Shown here piece after piece: positions 12,040-24,963 of a stretch of DNA of 64,000 bases. The notes under the pieces were generated by a model that did no database searches, was not told where the DNA came from, and saw only the letters and a list, made by a program, of their open reading frames with translations. Numbering within the stretch: position 1 is the first letter of the stretch; each line of letters begins with the position of its first letter. Position numbers and translations under genes: made by a program. The stretch spans positions 1-64,000 of the forward strand of contig CBFDEM010000043.1 of NCBI GenBank assembly GCA_965603825.1. The letters run 5' to 3'. Source of the stretch: Blepharisma stoltei ATCC 30299 (lineage: Eukaryota; Protista; Ciliophora).

Positions 12040-13158
12040 TTTATCATTAAGAATCTCTATCGTTGCTAGAATCTCAAACGTCTTCCTCAACTTTCATTTT
12101 TATTGGACAAATTTTAGTTTGTAAAAATTAGTATAAAATTAGAGAGATGAACGAAAGCAGAAATATAATAGAGTAAATTTAAAACGAAATCTTTTCAAGG
12201 CAAGCTCTAATTTTAGGATACTAACTTTATATTTTCCTAGAATTATAGACAGAATCTATGAATGAATTAATATTGAGCAAAAATAAGTCAAGTCCCTATA
12301 AAAAGAGTCTTCTCAAGCTTAACTATTTTTGAGCTCCCTTTTATTTTATAGATTATAGAAATGACTTATATAACCAACATCGAAAAGATATAATGCATAA
12401 AAGATTTTAGTTGAGATTTTAAGCACAAAATGACTGCTATTTGCTTTAGAATTCAATTAATACCAAATAATTTATATAATAAGAGTCCTTGATCTTTAAT
12501 TTTGAAGTCAATGCAAGCACAATTAATTAAATAAATTTTTGCTTAAGACATTTCTTTCCTTTCTTTAGCTATTGAGCAGCTTATTTTTGGTAAATTTAAA
12601 TCAATTCGCTAGTGAAAAGTTTTAATGTTTTTGATATATAATTTATGATAATCAAAATATTAGTATCATTAATTTTCTGTCTTCAAAATGGAGAACCCTC
12701 TTTTGGCAAATTATAATTATGAGATATGCTTATCTGGCTAATATATCTGGGCTCTGGCAAGGAAGTAAAAGCCTAAAATGCGTATTGCAGAGCTTCTCCT
12801 GCTATTAGGCAATAATCAAATACGGTAGAAGCTGGGACCTTTAGAGTGCTTGAAGGACGCAAGCTCAAGAGATGTAATAGTGTTCATCTAAGGATCTAAA
12901 GGCCCGATTGGCCATTCAAACTGGAGATCAATGTCTGGCTGGATTTGTAGAGAGGCGAACTGTGAAAAGCTGATTAAAGGAAGCTTCAATTTTGTGACAT
13001 GGAATAGAGACAAACTTTAATAGATTGACTGATATATAATGATTATATTAAGATTAATTTATAAATGATTAAAATTTTATCTCAAATATCAATGATCTTT
13101 ATTGTTAAAATTCGAAAAAAATCGTTTTAATGAAAAAAACTCACGCTCCTTGCTTAAA
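12040..13158 (-). pseudogene. Decayed tandem copy of the ABCB 5' end and upstream flank
   Basis: cgtcttcctcaactttcatt is identical at 11208-11227 and 12079-12098 (MKVEED start), then frameshifts. Colinear similarity continues upstream, including gctccttgcttaaa at 11851-11864 and 13145-13158. Confidence 0.72.
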
Positions 13159-13915
13159 AAACCCATTCTCGGAAACTAAGATGGAGTTAATACCATGCGC
13201 TTTTAAATAGGCATCATCTTTAAGCAAAGATGATAAATGAAGTTAATTTTTATATAATATTTTTCAATAAATTGCAATCGCTTATTGCTGAGATCATATC
13301 CAAATCAACAATTTTGAGAAAAGATTTCGCTATAAAATTAGTAACAGCAAAATAGCTGAATACAGTTTTGAAATATTTTTCAGTGTTTAAGCCTGAAAGG
13401 TAATAATTAAAATAAATAATAGAAAAGTTAATCTAATAAATTTCCTTAAATAAATTCAAAGAATTCAATGAATTCAAAAGTATACACTTTATGTTTCAAT
13501 TCAGATAGGGAATTTCAAAATTTGATTATTTCAGCAAATTAGCTATTTTTCGAGCCAGTAAAAAACCAGTGATGAAGGAACATAGCAAATATCACTTATA
13601 TTTCCTTTATGAATCAAGTATTAATTCATAACCAATTTTTAATTGTCTTTTTCTCTTACTTCTTTATTTAAAATATATGCTTGAGAGGAAATTAAATGAT
13701 CCTTTTTAAAAAGATAAGCCCATTATCCAATTTCTTTTCAAAAATTTGTGTCGTTTATTTGTTTTCTTCATGTAACTGTTTTATTTTCTATAAATTGATA
13801 TGCTTATGAGTTTTCTAATAAATCACATTGCATTCGGTAAAAGTGTTCATTTCTTTTTTCTTTACTGGACGCTAAATATGATAAGCGTTCCATATTTTGG
13901 CTGGCCTATAAAACT

Positions 13916-16702
13916 ATGGAAGCAGACGAGCAGCACATTCTTAGTGAAGATGAGATCGAGCTTGCAGAACAAAATAACACCTCAGGGCACTCTTCGAGGG
14001 AAGACGAAGAAAAAAAGGAAAAATTGCAACTCACTCCTCAGCAACTTGAAGATATACAAACTGGGCCAGAAGGGCTTGAATCGGCAGAAGCACATAGACG
14101 GTTCGAGCGAGACGGGCCAAACGAACTACCTGAAAAGAGAGTCAACCCCTTCCTTAAATTTTTGTCATATTACTGGGGACCGATGCCAATTATGATCTGA
14201 ATTGCCTTTATAATAGAGCTAATCCGACTGTCATACATCGATTTTTGTGTTCTGTTCATTCTCCAATTCTTCAATGGCTTTGTTGGCTGGTACGAAGAAA
14301 AAAACGCAGGAAATGCAATAGAAGCTTTGAAGAAAAACTTAGCACCAAAGGCAAAAGTGAAGAGAGACGGAGAATGAACTACCATTTTGTCTAGAGAACT
14401 TGTACAAGGCGACAGAATTAATATTAAACTGGGAGACATTATTCCTGCAGACTCGATTTTAGGACCTGGGTTTGCAGAAATTGACCAGTCTTCCTTGACA
14501 GGAGAAAGTTTGGCAGTAACAAAGTTTGAAGGAGAAATGGTCTATCAAGGCTCTATTTGCAAAAAAGGAGACTTAGAAGCGATTGTAGCTGCAACAGGCT
14601 CAAACACATTTTTTGGAAAAACTTCTACTTTGGTCGGTCAAGCAACAGGAAACAGAGGAAACTTTCAAAAAATAATATTAAAAGTGACAGGGATCTTGAT
14701 GGTTGTCTCCTTTGTCCTGGTCACCATTATCTTAATCGTTGTTATAACCAAAGGAAATGCCTTCCTAGAAACTCTTGCTATATGTGTCGTTATCCTTGTA
14801 GCATCAATTCCTATTGCAACACAAGTGGTCTGCACAGCCACAATGGCTGTAGGTGCCCACGCATTAGCCAAGCGCCAAGCAATTGTAAGTAAGCTAAGCT
14901 CAATTGAAGAACTCGCAGGAATGCAAATTCTGTGCAGTGATAAAACAGGGACTCTCACCAAGAACCAGCTTACAGTGAAGCATCCTGTCGCCTTAAAGAA
15001 AAACACAAGAGAAGACATTTTTATTATTGCAGGTCTTGCATCCAAAAAAGAAGCTGCCTCACAAGATGCAATTGATAAAACCATCTATGAGTACGCCACC
15101 AAAACATTGGAAATCAAATTTGACCATTTCGAAGAGCTCGAATTCGTCCCATTTGACCCAAGTAATAGACGAACTGAAGCAACCATAAAGGACAAAGTAA
15201 CTGGCCAAATATTCAAATGCACAAAAGGAGCTCCTCAGGTGATTCTGAGAATGTCCAACGACCCAAGCTTGGTTGATGAAGTTTCTAAACAAGTACAGTA
15301 TATAGCTTCAAGAGGCTACAGGACAATTGGAGTCGCCAGATCTGACGAAGACGGCGGCTGGGACATGATTGGCCTGATTCCTCTATATGATCCTCCTAGA
15401 GATGACACCAAAGAAACGATCCAAAAAGCAAAACAAATGGATGTCAAAGTAAAAATGATCACAGGTGACCAGCTTGCCATTGCCCAAGAAACAGCCCACA
15501 TCTTAGGGCTCGGTGACAAAGTGTACAATTCTGAAGTGCTGAATACAGAAAACACCATAGCCCAAAAAGAAGTGGTTAATAAAATTGTTGAAGAGGCTGA
15601 TGGATTTGCTGAGGTCTTCCCTGAGCACAAGTTTGGGATTGTAAAAATCTTGCAAGAGATGGGATTCAGAGTGGGGATGACCGGAGACGGAGTTAATGAT
15701 GCACCTGCACTCAAGCAGGCAGATGTAGGAATTGCTGTAGACGGAGCAACTGATGCAGCTAGGGCTGCTGCTGATATTGTGTTGACCTCTGCAGGTCTTT
15801 CAGTCATCATCGAAGCCATATACAGGGCCAGGAAGATTTATCAGAGAATGAATAATTATTGTATATATCGAGTAGCCTGCACGGTGCAGCTTCTTTTATT
15901 TTTCTTCATTACAATGTGTGCTATAAATCCAAGCCGCGACTACGACTGCAAGCCAAAAGACCCGAAAGACACTTGGTGTGACGATGTTCCTAACACTTTT
16001 GCCTTGCCAGTTATAGCTATTGTCCTTATTACAGTACTTAATGACGGTACAATTATTTCTATTGCATATGATAAAGTGACGGTATCACAAAAGCCTGAAA
16101 AATGGAACTTGACCCTTATGTTCTTCAATTCCTGCACTCTTGGATCTATTGCTTTGGTATCTTCTATTATACTGGTGTTATTAATGCTGATGCATATGGA
16201 CCATGAGGACCCTTCAGACTTCTTTAAAGGCTTTGATATCAGCACTTTTACTTATGGAGAAATCCTCACTGCATTATATTTGAAGGTATCCATTAGCGAC
16301 TTCTTGACACTATTTGCAGCAAGAACAAGCCGATTCTTTTGGACCAGGACACCAAGCAAGATATTGATTTTCGCCTTTATATTTGCCTGCTTTGTGGCAA
16401 CAATCTTTTCTTGCTATTGGTGGCTCAATGTGATTAATGACTCGAGCAGTATTCCGAATATGGAGTCTATTTCATGGAGACTTGCTGGATTTATCTGGGG
16501 CTATGATATTGTGTTTTTCTTAATCCAAGATACAGTTAAAGTGTTAGAGCTCAAAGGAATTGCAACTTATTACAGTTATGCTGGAAAAGAATCTGGATAC
16601 ACAGGGCAAATTCTGCGAGACAGCTTCCTCAACTTTAATTCGCCTGCAATGCAAAGCATCGTCAAGAAAGCCACTTCATCATTTTTCCAGATGCCAAGTT
16701 AA
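13916..16702 (+). CDS. P3A-type plasma-membrane H+-ATPase (928 aa)
   Basis: WGPMPIMIW (UGA 14198), RDGEW (UGA 14375), LTGES, CSDKTGTLT, KGAP, DPPR, TGDGVNDAPAL, TM6 LNDGT. Confidence 0.96.
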
Positions 16703-16876
16703 TTTACTGATTAATATAAATATTATCATAAATTTGTTTGACTTTCTCTAACCGGATTCCTTCTCTTTATGTCTGATTAGAAAGCCTATTTCTTTTAACT
16801 TTTTTTTATTTCAGTGTAGTCTTCGTTGGCAAGCTTTTCTACTTCTTTGAAATTAGAAATGGTCGGGAATTCGTCT

Positions 16877-17233
16877 TTATTGTAGCAGCCTAATCATAGG
16901 TGATAGAAATCCAATTCAACAATTTGTCATAAAAAAAGAAACATTTTTAGCTTGGCTAATTTGATTTTTAAACAATGTTAAAGCATTTATTGTTTCATCA
17001 GTTATTTCATTGTATTCCAAGTCTTTAAGAGTTTTTAAAGGCCATTTCATAAGGTCGGGGAAGTATGCTCATTTAATTTCTGAGAACTTTGCAAATGTCT
17101 CATCATTGGTAAAAGATCTTTTTTTAAAATGCTGGGCTTGACTTTTATAGTTATCAACAGATATTCTTAATAAAATTTTATGCTGCTTCAAAAATTCCAC
17201 TTCAGCTTTAGTAGCCTCAATCATTTGAGGCAT
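16877..17233 (-). CDS. Possible 118-aa hypothetical ORF or fragment of a frameshifted gene
   Basis: Open only with UGA=Trp (MPQMIEATKAEVEFLKQ...). Coding-like sequence continues in other frames on both sides. No motif recognised. Confidence 0.3.
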
Positions 17234-17350
17234 TTTGGCTTGATGCTGTGTAAAGAACTCTCTGCGCTTTGTTCTTGATCAATATATTTAATTAAGTCAG
17301 ATAAATGTTCATTATATAACTTTGTATTAATAGATTATCGCGATTAATTA

Positions 17351-19123
17351 TTACACTCGATACTTGCTAGGGCTATATTGAGTAATAAAAGATGATAACT
17401 CAGGCAAAGCTCCTTGGAATGTTAGCGAAAAAGGGCTGAATTTTTTATTTTCAGGTGAATTATTTGAAGTGAGTGATTCGGTATGAACTTCTGTTAAATT
17501 TGAGTGTGTCCTCAGCGACGGTGAATGAGTGGCGGTGCTGATTTTGGAAAAAGTTTTGAGCTTCGGCATAAAATGAGGGTTATCGATACCGCCGATATAC
17601 TCAGGCTCATATTGGGTGTTTGGTCTCCAGATTTTCTGATTCTCTGGTGACCATTTTCTTGGGGTTGAAATTTTTTGTAGGAAGGCTGTGGTTGGCTTCG
17701 AGATTTTCTCAATGCTTTTCATGTCAATTGTTTTGCTTGACTTTTCTTCGTCCTCTTCATTTTCAAAAATAAGCTCAGCGTCCCATCTTCTTCGGCTAAA
17801 GCACATAGTTTGCCTCATGTAATTTGGCTCCTCGAATGGATTGATTTTTCGGGCATTTTTGGTGGTTATTGATCTTTCAGGCAGTTTTGGCACTTTTTTG
17901 TCAGGGATTGGAAGGGATATAAATAAATTGGTAGGTGATTCTTGCTGCGAGTTAGCCTCTCTTTTTATTAAATAAGGTAAAAGTCTTGACTCTTGCAGTT
18001 TTTTACAGTTATAAGTGATTCCTGATATTTTTAATTTTGCTTTTCTGAGCTCTTCAAGCTCTTTTAGAAGTTTTTGTCTGGCAATTGCTTCTTCGTCAGG
18101 CTCTGCTTGAGAGTCTACCGCACTTAAGGCATCTTCATTATCAACGCTTTCTGGAGTTGGAGATTTTTCAATAGTTTCAGGCTGTGGAATCGTAAGCTGA
18201 TTTTCTTGAGAAATTGCCTTATTTTCCAGCTCTCCTTTAGCGTCTAATGCTACTTTTTTAAAGATTTCCATAACAGCTTTTTTCCTCATTGGTCTGAGCC
18301 TCACTTGTCTTCGCCATTTTTTGACTTTTAGTCTTAGAAGCCTAAAGTTAAGCTTTTTCTTTTTATAAAATCTTCTGATTTTAAATATTGCAATTTTTTC
18401 TCTTATTTCTTTAAGCCTTTTTTGCTTATTACTTTCTTGCCTTGCTAACATAACACAAACTTTTGCGTGGAACCTTTGCATTACAGGAACCAAAGTTTTA
18501 TAGGCATGGATTACTTTTGCTTCATAAAGAATTTCATAAACATTTTGAAGCCTGAATATTTTTTTCCTAAAAATGTAAATTTTGCACAATTTTTGTATTC
18601 TTTTTGCTGCGATGTCAGGCATTAGACCGACACCGAAAATCATATAATCGTTTTGCCTTCTTAAATTTCCTAAGCAGTTAATGGTTTTTTTGTTTATGAT
18701 TTCAGTGATTTCCTAAGTAGCAAGTACGTCTTCATATTTTTTCCTAATTAGATACCCTCTGGTGACTTTTTGTATTTTCGTAGCTGATTTTTCCATTTGT
18801 TGAGATTCCTTTTTAAGTCTTATCATTTCTTCTTTGACTAGCAGCAGCTGAGAGTCTAAAAATGCTGCTTTGTCAGCGATTGACTTGAAATAGTTCACTT
18901 TTTCTTTTACATTTTTATGCTTTTCTTGCAAATTTATGTTCAGTTTTGAATTGAGCTCTTTGCGGAGGACTTCTTTTTGCAATGAGTTATCTTGAAAATT
19001 CTTACAGTTTTTGCTGAGTGACTCAACTGTTCCGTAGTAGCTTCGAGACCGTGGAGAAATCGAGAGCGATAAATATCGTTTATGAACAGGTTTATAAGTA
19101 ATTTTATCCATTTTATGAGTCAT
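17351..19123 (-). CDS. IQ-motif, basic coiled-coil protein; one 15-nt intron
   Basis: IQKVTRGYLIRKKY. Removing the intron at 18713-18727 fuses the two ORFs in frame. Confidence 0.8.
18713..18727 (-). other. 15-nt spliceosomal intron GTACTTGCTACTTAG
   Basis: GT..AG, A at -6, removes an in-frame TAG. Confidence 0.85.
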
Positions 19124-19214
19124 GCTAAACTGACTTGCATTTATTTCTATGTTAATATCTCCTAATTATGCAATTTTATTTCAATTTCTATTAGTTAGCT
19201 GTTAACAATAGTAA

Positions 19215-20711
19215 TTATTGATTTGAGAAAAATAATTCAGTAAGCGTCTCTTCGTGAATATAAAACCTTTCTTTTAGCTCATCAATGACCTGTTTACAAA
19301 GAATCAACTGACTCTCACCTTTGTCTAACCTATAGAACTGAGGAAGATATAAAATATCCCTGAATTTTATGATATCTTGGGTATCACTATTACTTTCAAT
19401 GCCTTTAAAATTCAGCGCATTCATTAGTCTCTCTGTAAACTCTAGAGAATAGTATATATATTGTGGCTTTGGGATGGCTCTTCTAAGGCGAAGCTCATGC
19501 TCAACACCTTCTCTCAAAGTGCGCTCAGTTAAATTAGTTAAATTCTTTATATATCGCATGATCAATTCTGCTTGTAGCTCATAAGTTCCTATGAAAACTC
19601 CTCTGAGCATGCCGATGATGCCGAATCCTGGAAGATCAGGGTGGATCGTATTTAGAAAGCTCACAGCTGGGAGAACATTGTCATGACCATCATAATTAAG
19701 GATTTCCAATATTTTCTCATCACAAAATGTCAAATCAGCTTCATAGCCAGTGCATCAAATGACTGCTTCAGCTTCCAGTTCTCTTTCGTTGTCAAGAACT
19801 AAGCTATTTTCTGTCAAATTAATCGGTTTTCCTTTGATAATTTGGATTTTGCCATCTTCCAAACATTTTTTATAGTTAATGTTGACTATCGAAAAAGAAT
19901 TAGACTGCTCATCTTCCGGCAAAATAACTAAATCTGGATGTCCTGGATTCTCAGCCAGTCGGCGAAATCCTTTCTTCATTTCTTGCCCAATTTCCACAGA
20001 TTCTCGTGAAATTAATCAGTTTTGGAGTGATTTTGTTTTACTAAAAAAATCAATAGGTATGCCATGATAATATTTAGGCAGCAAATAATGCGGCTTTCTA
20101 ATTACTTGTATGACCTCGCTTGCATAGTTTGCTAAATCTTCGGCTATATCACAAGCACTTGTGGAAGCGCCAACTATAACAACTTTTTGCCCAATAAATT
20201 CCTTAGGGTCTCTGTATTTTCCACTGTGTAAATTTTTCAGTTTTAATAAACAGCAATCATCAACAGGGAATATTTCTTTTGTGTGGAAGCCGTTTGCTAC
20301 AATAACATAAGGGAAATCTTTTTCGAAAATCTGCCCAGTTACAGTGTTCTGTCACCTTACAGAGTAGCCTTCTTGAGTTTTGTTGACAAAAGTCGCTTTG
20401 CAGTTAAAGAGAAAATTATCAATTAGTGAATGAGACCTAATGTAAGATAAAAAATAGTCCATAACTTCTCTATTGGGTGGGGTGGGATCAGTCGACGATG
20501 GTCATGGCATATCGGAAAAGCATGTAAAATATTTGGAAGTATTTGTCCGCAAGCTATTCCATACTCCTATTTCTTCATCAGAATTTTTCCAAATACCTCC
20601 AAATGAATTGGACTTTTCAATCACACAAGGTACAAGGCCATAGTCTTTAGCAATTTTACAAGAAATTATTCCTGCTGCACCACCACCTATAATACAAACT
20701 TCTTCATCCAT
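19215..20711 (-). CDS. Flavin-containing monooxygenase (class B, FMO-like; 498 aa)
   Basis: IIGGGAAG, GGIW, SLRTNTSK..FSDMPW, VIVANG, HSGKYRDP, VVIVGASTSACDIA, VIWCTGY. Four in-frame UGA. Confidence 0.92.
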
Positions 20712-20865
20712 TATAAATAATATCAGCTTGAATATAAGCCATTTTTGATTGGTATACAGTACCGCTTTCTCTGAAAGCTTAGTCTAGAAGAGAAGTAGCT
20801 GCCAAAAAAATTTTAATCCAAAATTATATGTTTCCATATTATATTTAAACCATTAAATCTAAGCA

Positions 20866-23800
20866 CTACTGTCCATAGGATGCTTGAACTGATTGCACTG
20901 AGGTAAGAATTGCTTGAAGCTTGTCATTCAATCTGCCTTCTTGACTCTGCATTTGTCTCTCCAAAGCCATCAGCCTCTTATCAAATTGCGTAAATTTATC
21001 ATTTATTTGTTCGCTAACTTTCTTTTTGATATACTCTGCTTTTTCAGCCTGAATATCCCTTAAAAAATTTTTGAGCCTCTCGAACTCGTCTTCAAGAACT
21101 TGAGTTTTTCCTTCCTTTTTGTCCCGCTTATTTTGCTTGAAATAGTCAAGCTTTTGCAAATAAGTTCTACTACCTCGATGCCTTGCTCAGAACATCAGTG
21201 ACTCGAACTCGATGACGACATCAAGCATTTCTTTGGTGTCCATCGAAACTTGGCTTTGCTGAAAGTCGTCAAAGGACTTGCCGAGAATTGAAATAAGCAG
21301 ATTCAGCATGAGGATAACGTTAAGGATTGAAGCCAATGTAAAAGTTGAGTACTCAGCCCAGTCAAAGCCATCATTTGCAAACCCTCCCATGTCTAGCTCA
21401 AAGCTTGCCTTCCAGGCAGATTCGATGTCAAAACGGTTGGTTGCTGAAACATAAAGAACAGCAAATCCAAATGTGGAGTACAGCAAAATCATTAGGAAAG
21501 TTACTGTGTCAAAGGCAGCTCGAATGATCAGTCTGACGTAAAATCTTGTTTTGTCAAATGTTCTGAAGTAGACCAGCCCTCTTAAGAAATTCGCGATTAC
21601 AGTAAAAAAGGAAAGCCCGTCATAAAAATTGCCAGTTGCACCAATTATACTTCAAGTAAAGCTCAGCGCTAATCTCACAATATCATGATAGTTTATCGCA
21701 CTCAAGAAATATCCCCATCCTGACGAATACATCTGGAAAACTTCATAAGCCATCAATAATACATTAATAATCCAATATGCAATAAAAAGCCCGATATCAG
21801 CTGTCCCGTTTAGTGACAGAATCCAAGAAAGGAACACAATATTCATTGCATATATAAAGGTCAAGAAAAGGTTGAAGTAATAAAAAGAGTCCCATTTGAG
21901 CCTGATAATTGACTTAATAAAAGGTGTCTCGTATATCTCAATTATAGGGCACTCTATAATTGCTTTTAGAAATTTAATGCTTTCCCTCGAGCCATTTTGG
22001 AAGTTTCAGCTCAGAGGACTAGTTCACATTTGCACCAAAAATTCTGTCTCATTCGTTTGCTCTTCTTGGTCACATATAAAGTCCTCAATTCTAGGTAAAA
22101 TCGTATGCGAAAATTTTGTGATAGGGAGCTCTCCTTTAGGAGCTGCAAATAAAATGTAGTCATCGTCGTCTCTTTTCCGGAAAATTGCTTCAAGGAATGG
22201 GACTATTTGTGTGGAATGGGAGTCCAACACTTTTATTATGTCGTCTCTCAACGCGTGCATGGATTGCTCTAAAGTGTCATAATTTTTGCAAAAAATGATG
22301 TCGTTTAACAGAAGGTCGAGACATCTCCTGGATTTTCGGGACATTGCGTAAAAGAGCGGACTTCGGCCAAAGTTGTCTCTGAATATAAGGGCACCCATTT
22401 CTTGTGCTTTTACTACGTGCTCAACTAAGTCGAAATAGCAATAATAATGGAGAAGACTGATTTTCATAGGCCCAATGACAGCGGCTATCATGGTGTCATC
22501 AGGAGGCTGCCTACTGGTGAGCTTCTTTATGTAGATTTGGTTCAGGATCCCTGAGTCGTAGCCATAAATTTTGATCCCTTGCATACCGTTTATGCTGAAC
22601 TGTGGCCTGACTATAACATCATCAATTTTCCAAATCTTAATACTTTGGTCCTTTGACGAAGTCGCAATAAATTCATCATCACTTGAGATTTTTAAGCAGT
22701 GGATCACAGACTCATGTGCCTTTAGCAGCCTTTCTTGGCGTCTTTCATCAAAATTCCATATTCTGACAGTCCCATCATCAGAGCTAGAAACAATATACTT
22801 ATCATCGTTAGTAATTTCTACGCTCAGGACTCTTCTTTCATGTCCTCTAAGCACACATACCTGGATTCTCTCATAGAAGTTCCAAATTCTTATAGTTTTA
22901 TCATTCGAGCCAGATACAATGAATTGCTGATTTCTTGTCAATTGTAGACACTTGATTTCGTTTTTATGGCCTTTGAGGGTAGAGACGAGCTCATAAGTGA
23001 TAAGGTTTCAGATTATGATATTGCTGTCGTCTCCTCCTGAAATGGCGAATTCATTATCTCTTGTTAATTGGAGGCAAAATGCATGATCTTCATGGCCTTT
23101 TAAAATGAAGATTTCTCTTGGTCTTTCAAGACTCCAAACTCTCAGTGTGTTATCTCTGGAAGCCGTGACTATTTTTTGGCTGTCTGTAGTTAATAGGAGA
23201 GCGTTTATTGTGTCTGTGTGTCCTGAAAGAACTGCTTCATACTCGGGATCGAGGAGATTTCAGATGTGGATTTTGTGTTCTACTGAGGCTGCTACAACTT
23301 GTAAATTATCAAGAGCTATTTGCAGTATAATTATTTTGGCATGGATGTCTTTCACTGTAGGCCCTTTTTTTAAGTCATCAAATTTCCACATTTGCAGTTT
23401 TTCATCTTTTGAAGCTGAAATCAAATAACTACTGTCGCTGGATAAAGCAAGTGCAGTGACTTCTGCCTCGCAACTAGTTAAACTTGCCTCCCTTTTATTA
23501 TTCAGTGCATTTCACACTACTATTGTATTATCAGTAGATCCAGCTGATACCAAAAATTTGTTATCTCTTGTCACAATCAAATGCTTTACTTCGCCTGCAT
23601 GTCCTCTCAGTACCTTTTCTTTTCCCAACTCTTCTGTGCTTCATATTCTAATTCTGTGGTCATACGATCCACATATAATAAATCTGTTATCACAACAAAT
23701 CTTTATATACTTATTATGTGCTTCATTTCCGTCAAACTGATAAACCTGCTTATTGTTTTCCGTTGCGTCCCAAACCCTCATAGTGCAGTCATATGAAGCT

Positions 23801-24741
23801 GACACAATATACCTGTTATCATTTGTTATGTCCACACAGAGAACCTCGCCATTATGCCCTTCATACGTCAATTTTTTTTCAGTCTCATTAATATAGAACA
23901 CCACTAAAAGATTATCATTTGAGCCTGTAACTACCCATTCGCTATCTTTTGACACAGCGAGACACGTGATTTGGGCAGCGTTTCCTTCTCTTGAACTTGT
24001 TTGGCAAGTTTCAATGTTATAAATCTGCACAAAAATGTATTCAGAGATCGCAATAATGTATTTGCTGTCTTCTGTCAGCTGGAAAAAGCTGATGACTCCT
24101 AGCTCTACCAGTGACTTATACTCAGCCCTCTCCTGCACATTTCATATCCTGCATGAAGTGTCTTCTGAGACCGAGACGATATATCTGCAGTCATTAGTAA
24201 AAGCGACCTTCGTGACCCCTCCCGCATGCCCTGTGAGCTGAAAAGCTTGATTTTTTTCAAAAACCCACAAGTGGACGATCCCATCAGCAGTTCCAGCTGC
24301 AATAAACTCATTATTAGAAGAAATATCAATAGAATTGACTGGAGAATGTAGGTCCATGCTTGAAATGACTGTTTTGTTGTAGAGGCTCCAATACTTTACA
24401 GTTCCATCATAGGAGCCAGAGACCAGGTAGTTATTATCGCTAGTCGCTTTTATGCAGCTGACTTCTTCATTGTGTTTATCCAAAAGGACTTCAAGCTCAA
24501 CACCTGTTTTAACTGCGAAGGATTTTGTGCTTCGGCGGTGCTCTGAGCCTGTTTTTTCGAGCGAGGTCTGGACTTTGTTGGCTAAGTCTATGACTTTGAT
24601 ATCTCCTGAATTGGTCCCAACATACACAAAATTATCGTTATTTGTGATGCTCCCGAAGTTAAGATCGAAAATAGTAGGATTGAGAAATTGGTTGGCGGCA
24701 CTGTCAATGTCGTCTATTGTTATGGAGATCGGAGATATCAT
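20866..24741 (-). CDS. WD40-repeat / TRP-like cation channel fusion (1291 aa)
   Basis: All fragments are in one frame joined by UGA, several at WD Trp positions. About 16 WD40 repeats, ankyrin-like RDNFGRSPLFYA, pre-S1 IIRLKW, ~6 TM, S4-S5 FRTFDKTRFYVRLI, S6 ILMLNLLISIL, C-terminal coiled coil. Confidence 0.88.
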
Positions 24742-24963
24742 TAGATAACAATTAAATTATAAGAAAAGGACAGATTTATTAAAAACGTTACATATGGAGG
24801 GAGTTAATAAGATAAAAATTGCAAACTACTTTGAAATTCATGGTCAATGTTTTATAGGTCCATGTTTTAGTGTAAAAGAAATAAAATTTTCTTTAATTCA
24901 AGGCATGATAAATAAACCGAAAATGAAAAATAGCTGAAATTTATTAATTTTTAAATATTTACA

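Noticed and set aside
13800-14195. 131-aa ORF overlapping the ATPase start
   Set aside because: Alternate frame of the ATPase N-terminus with no recognisable features.
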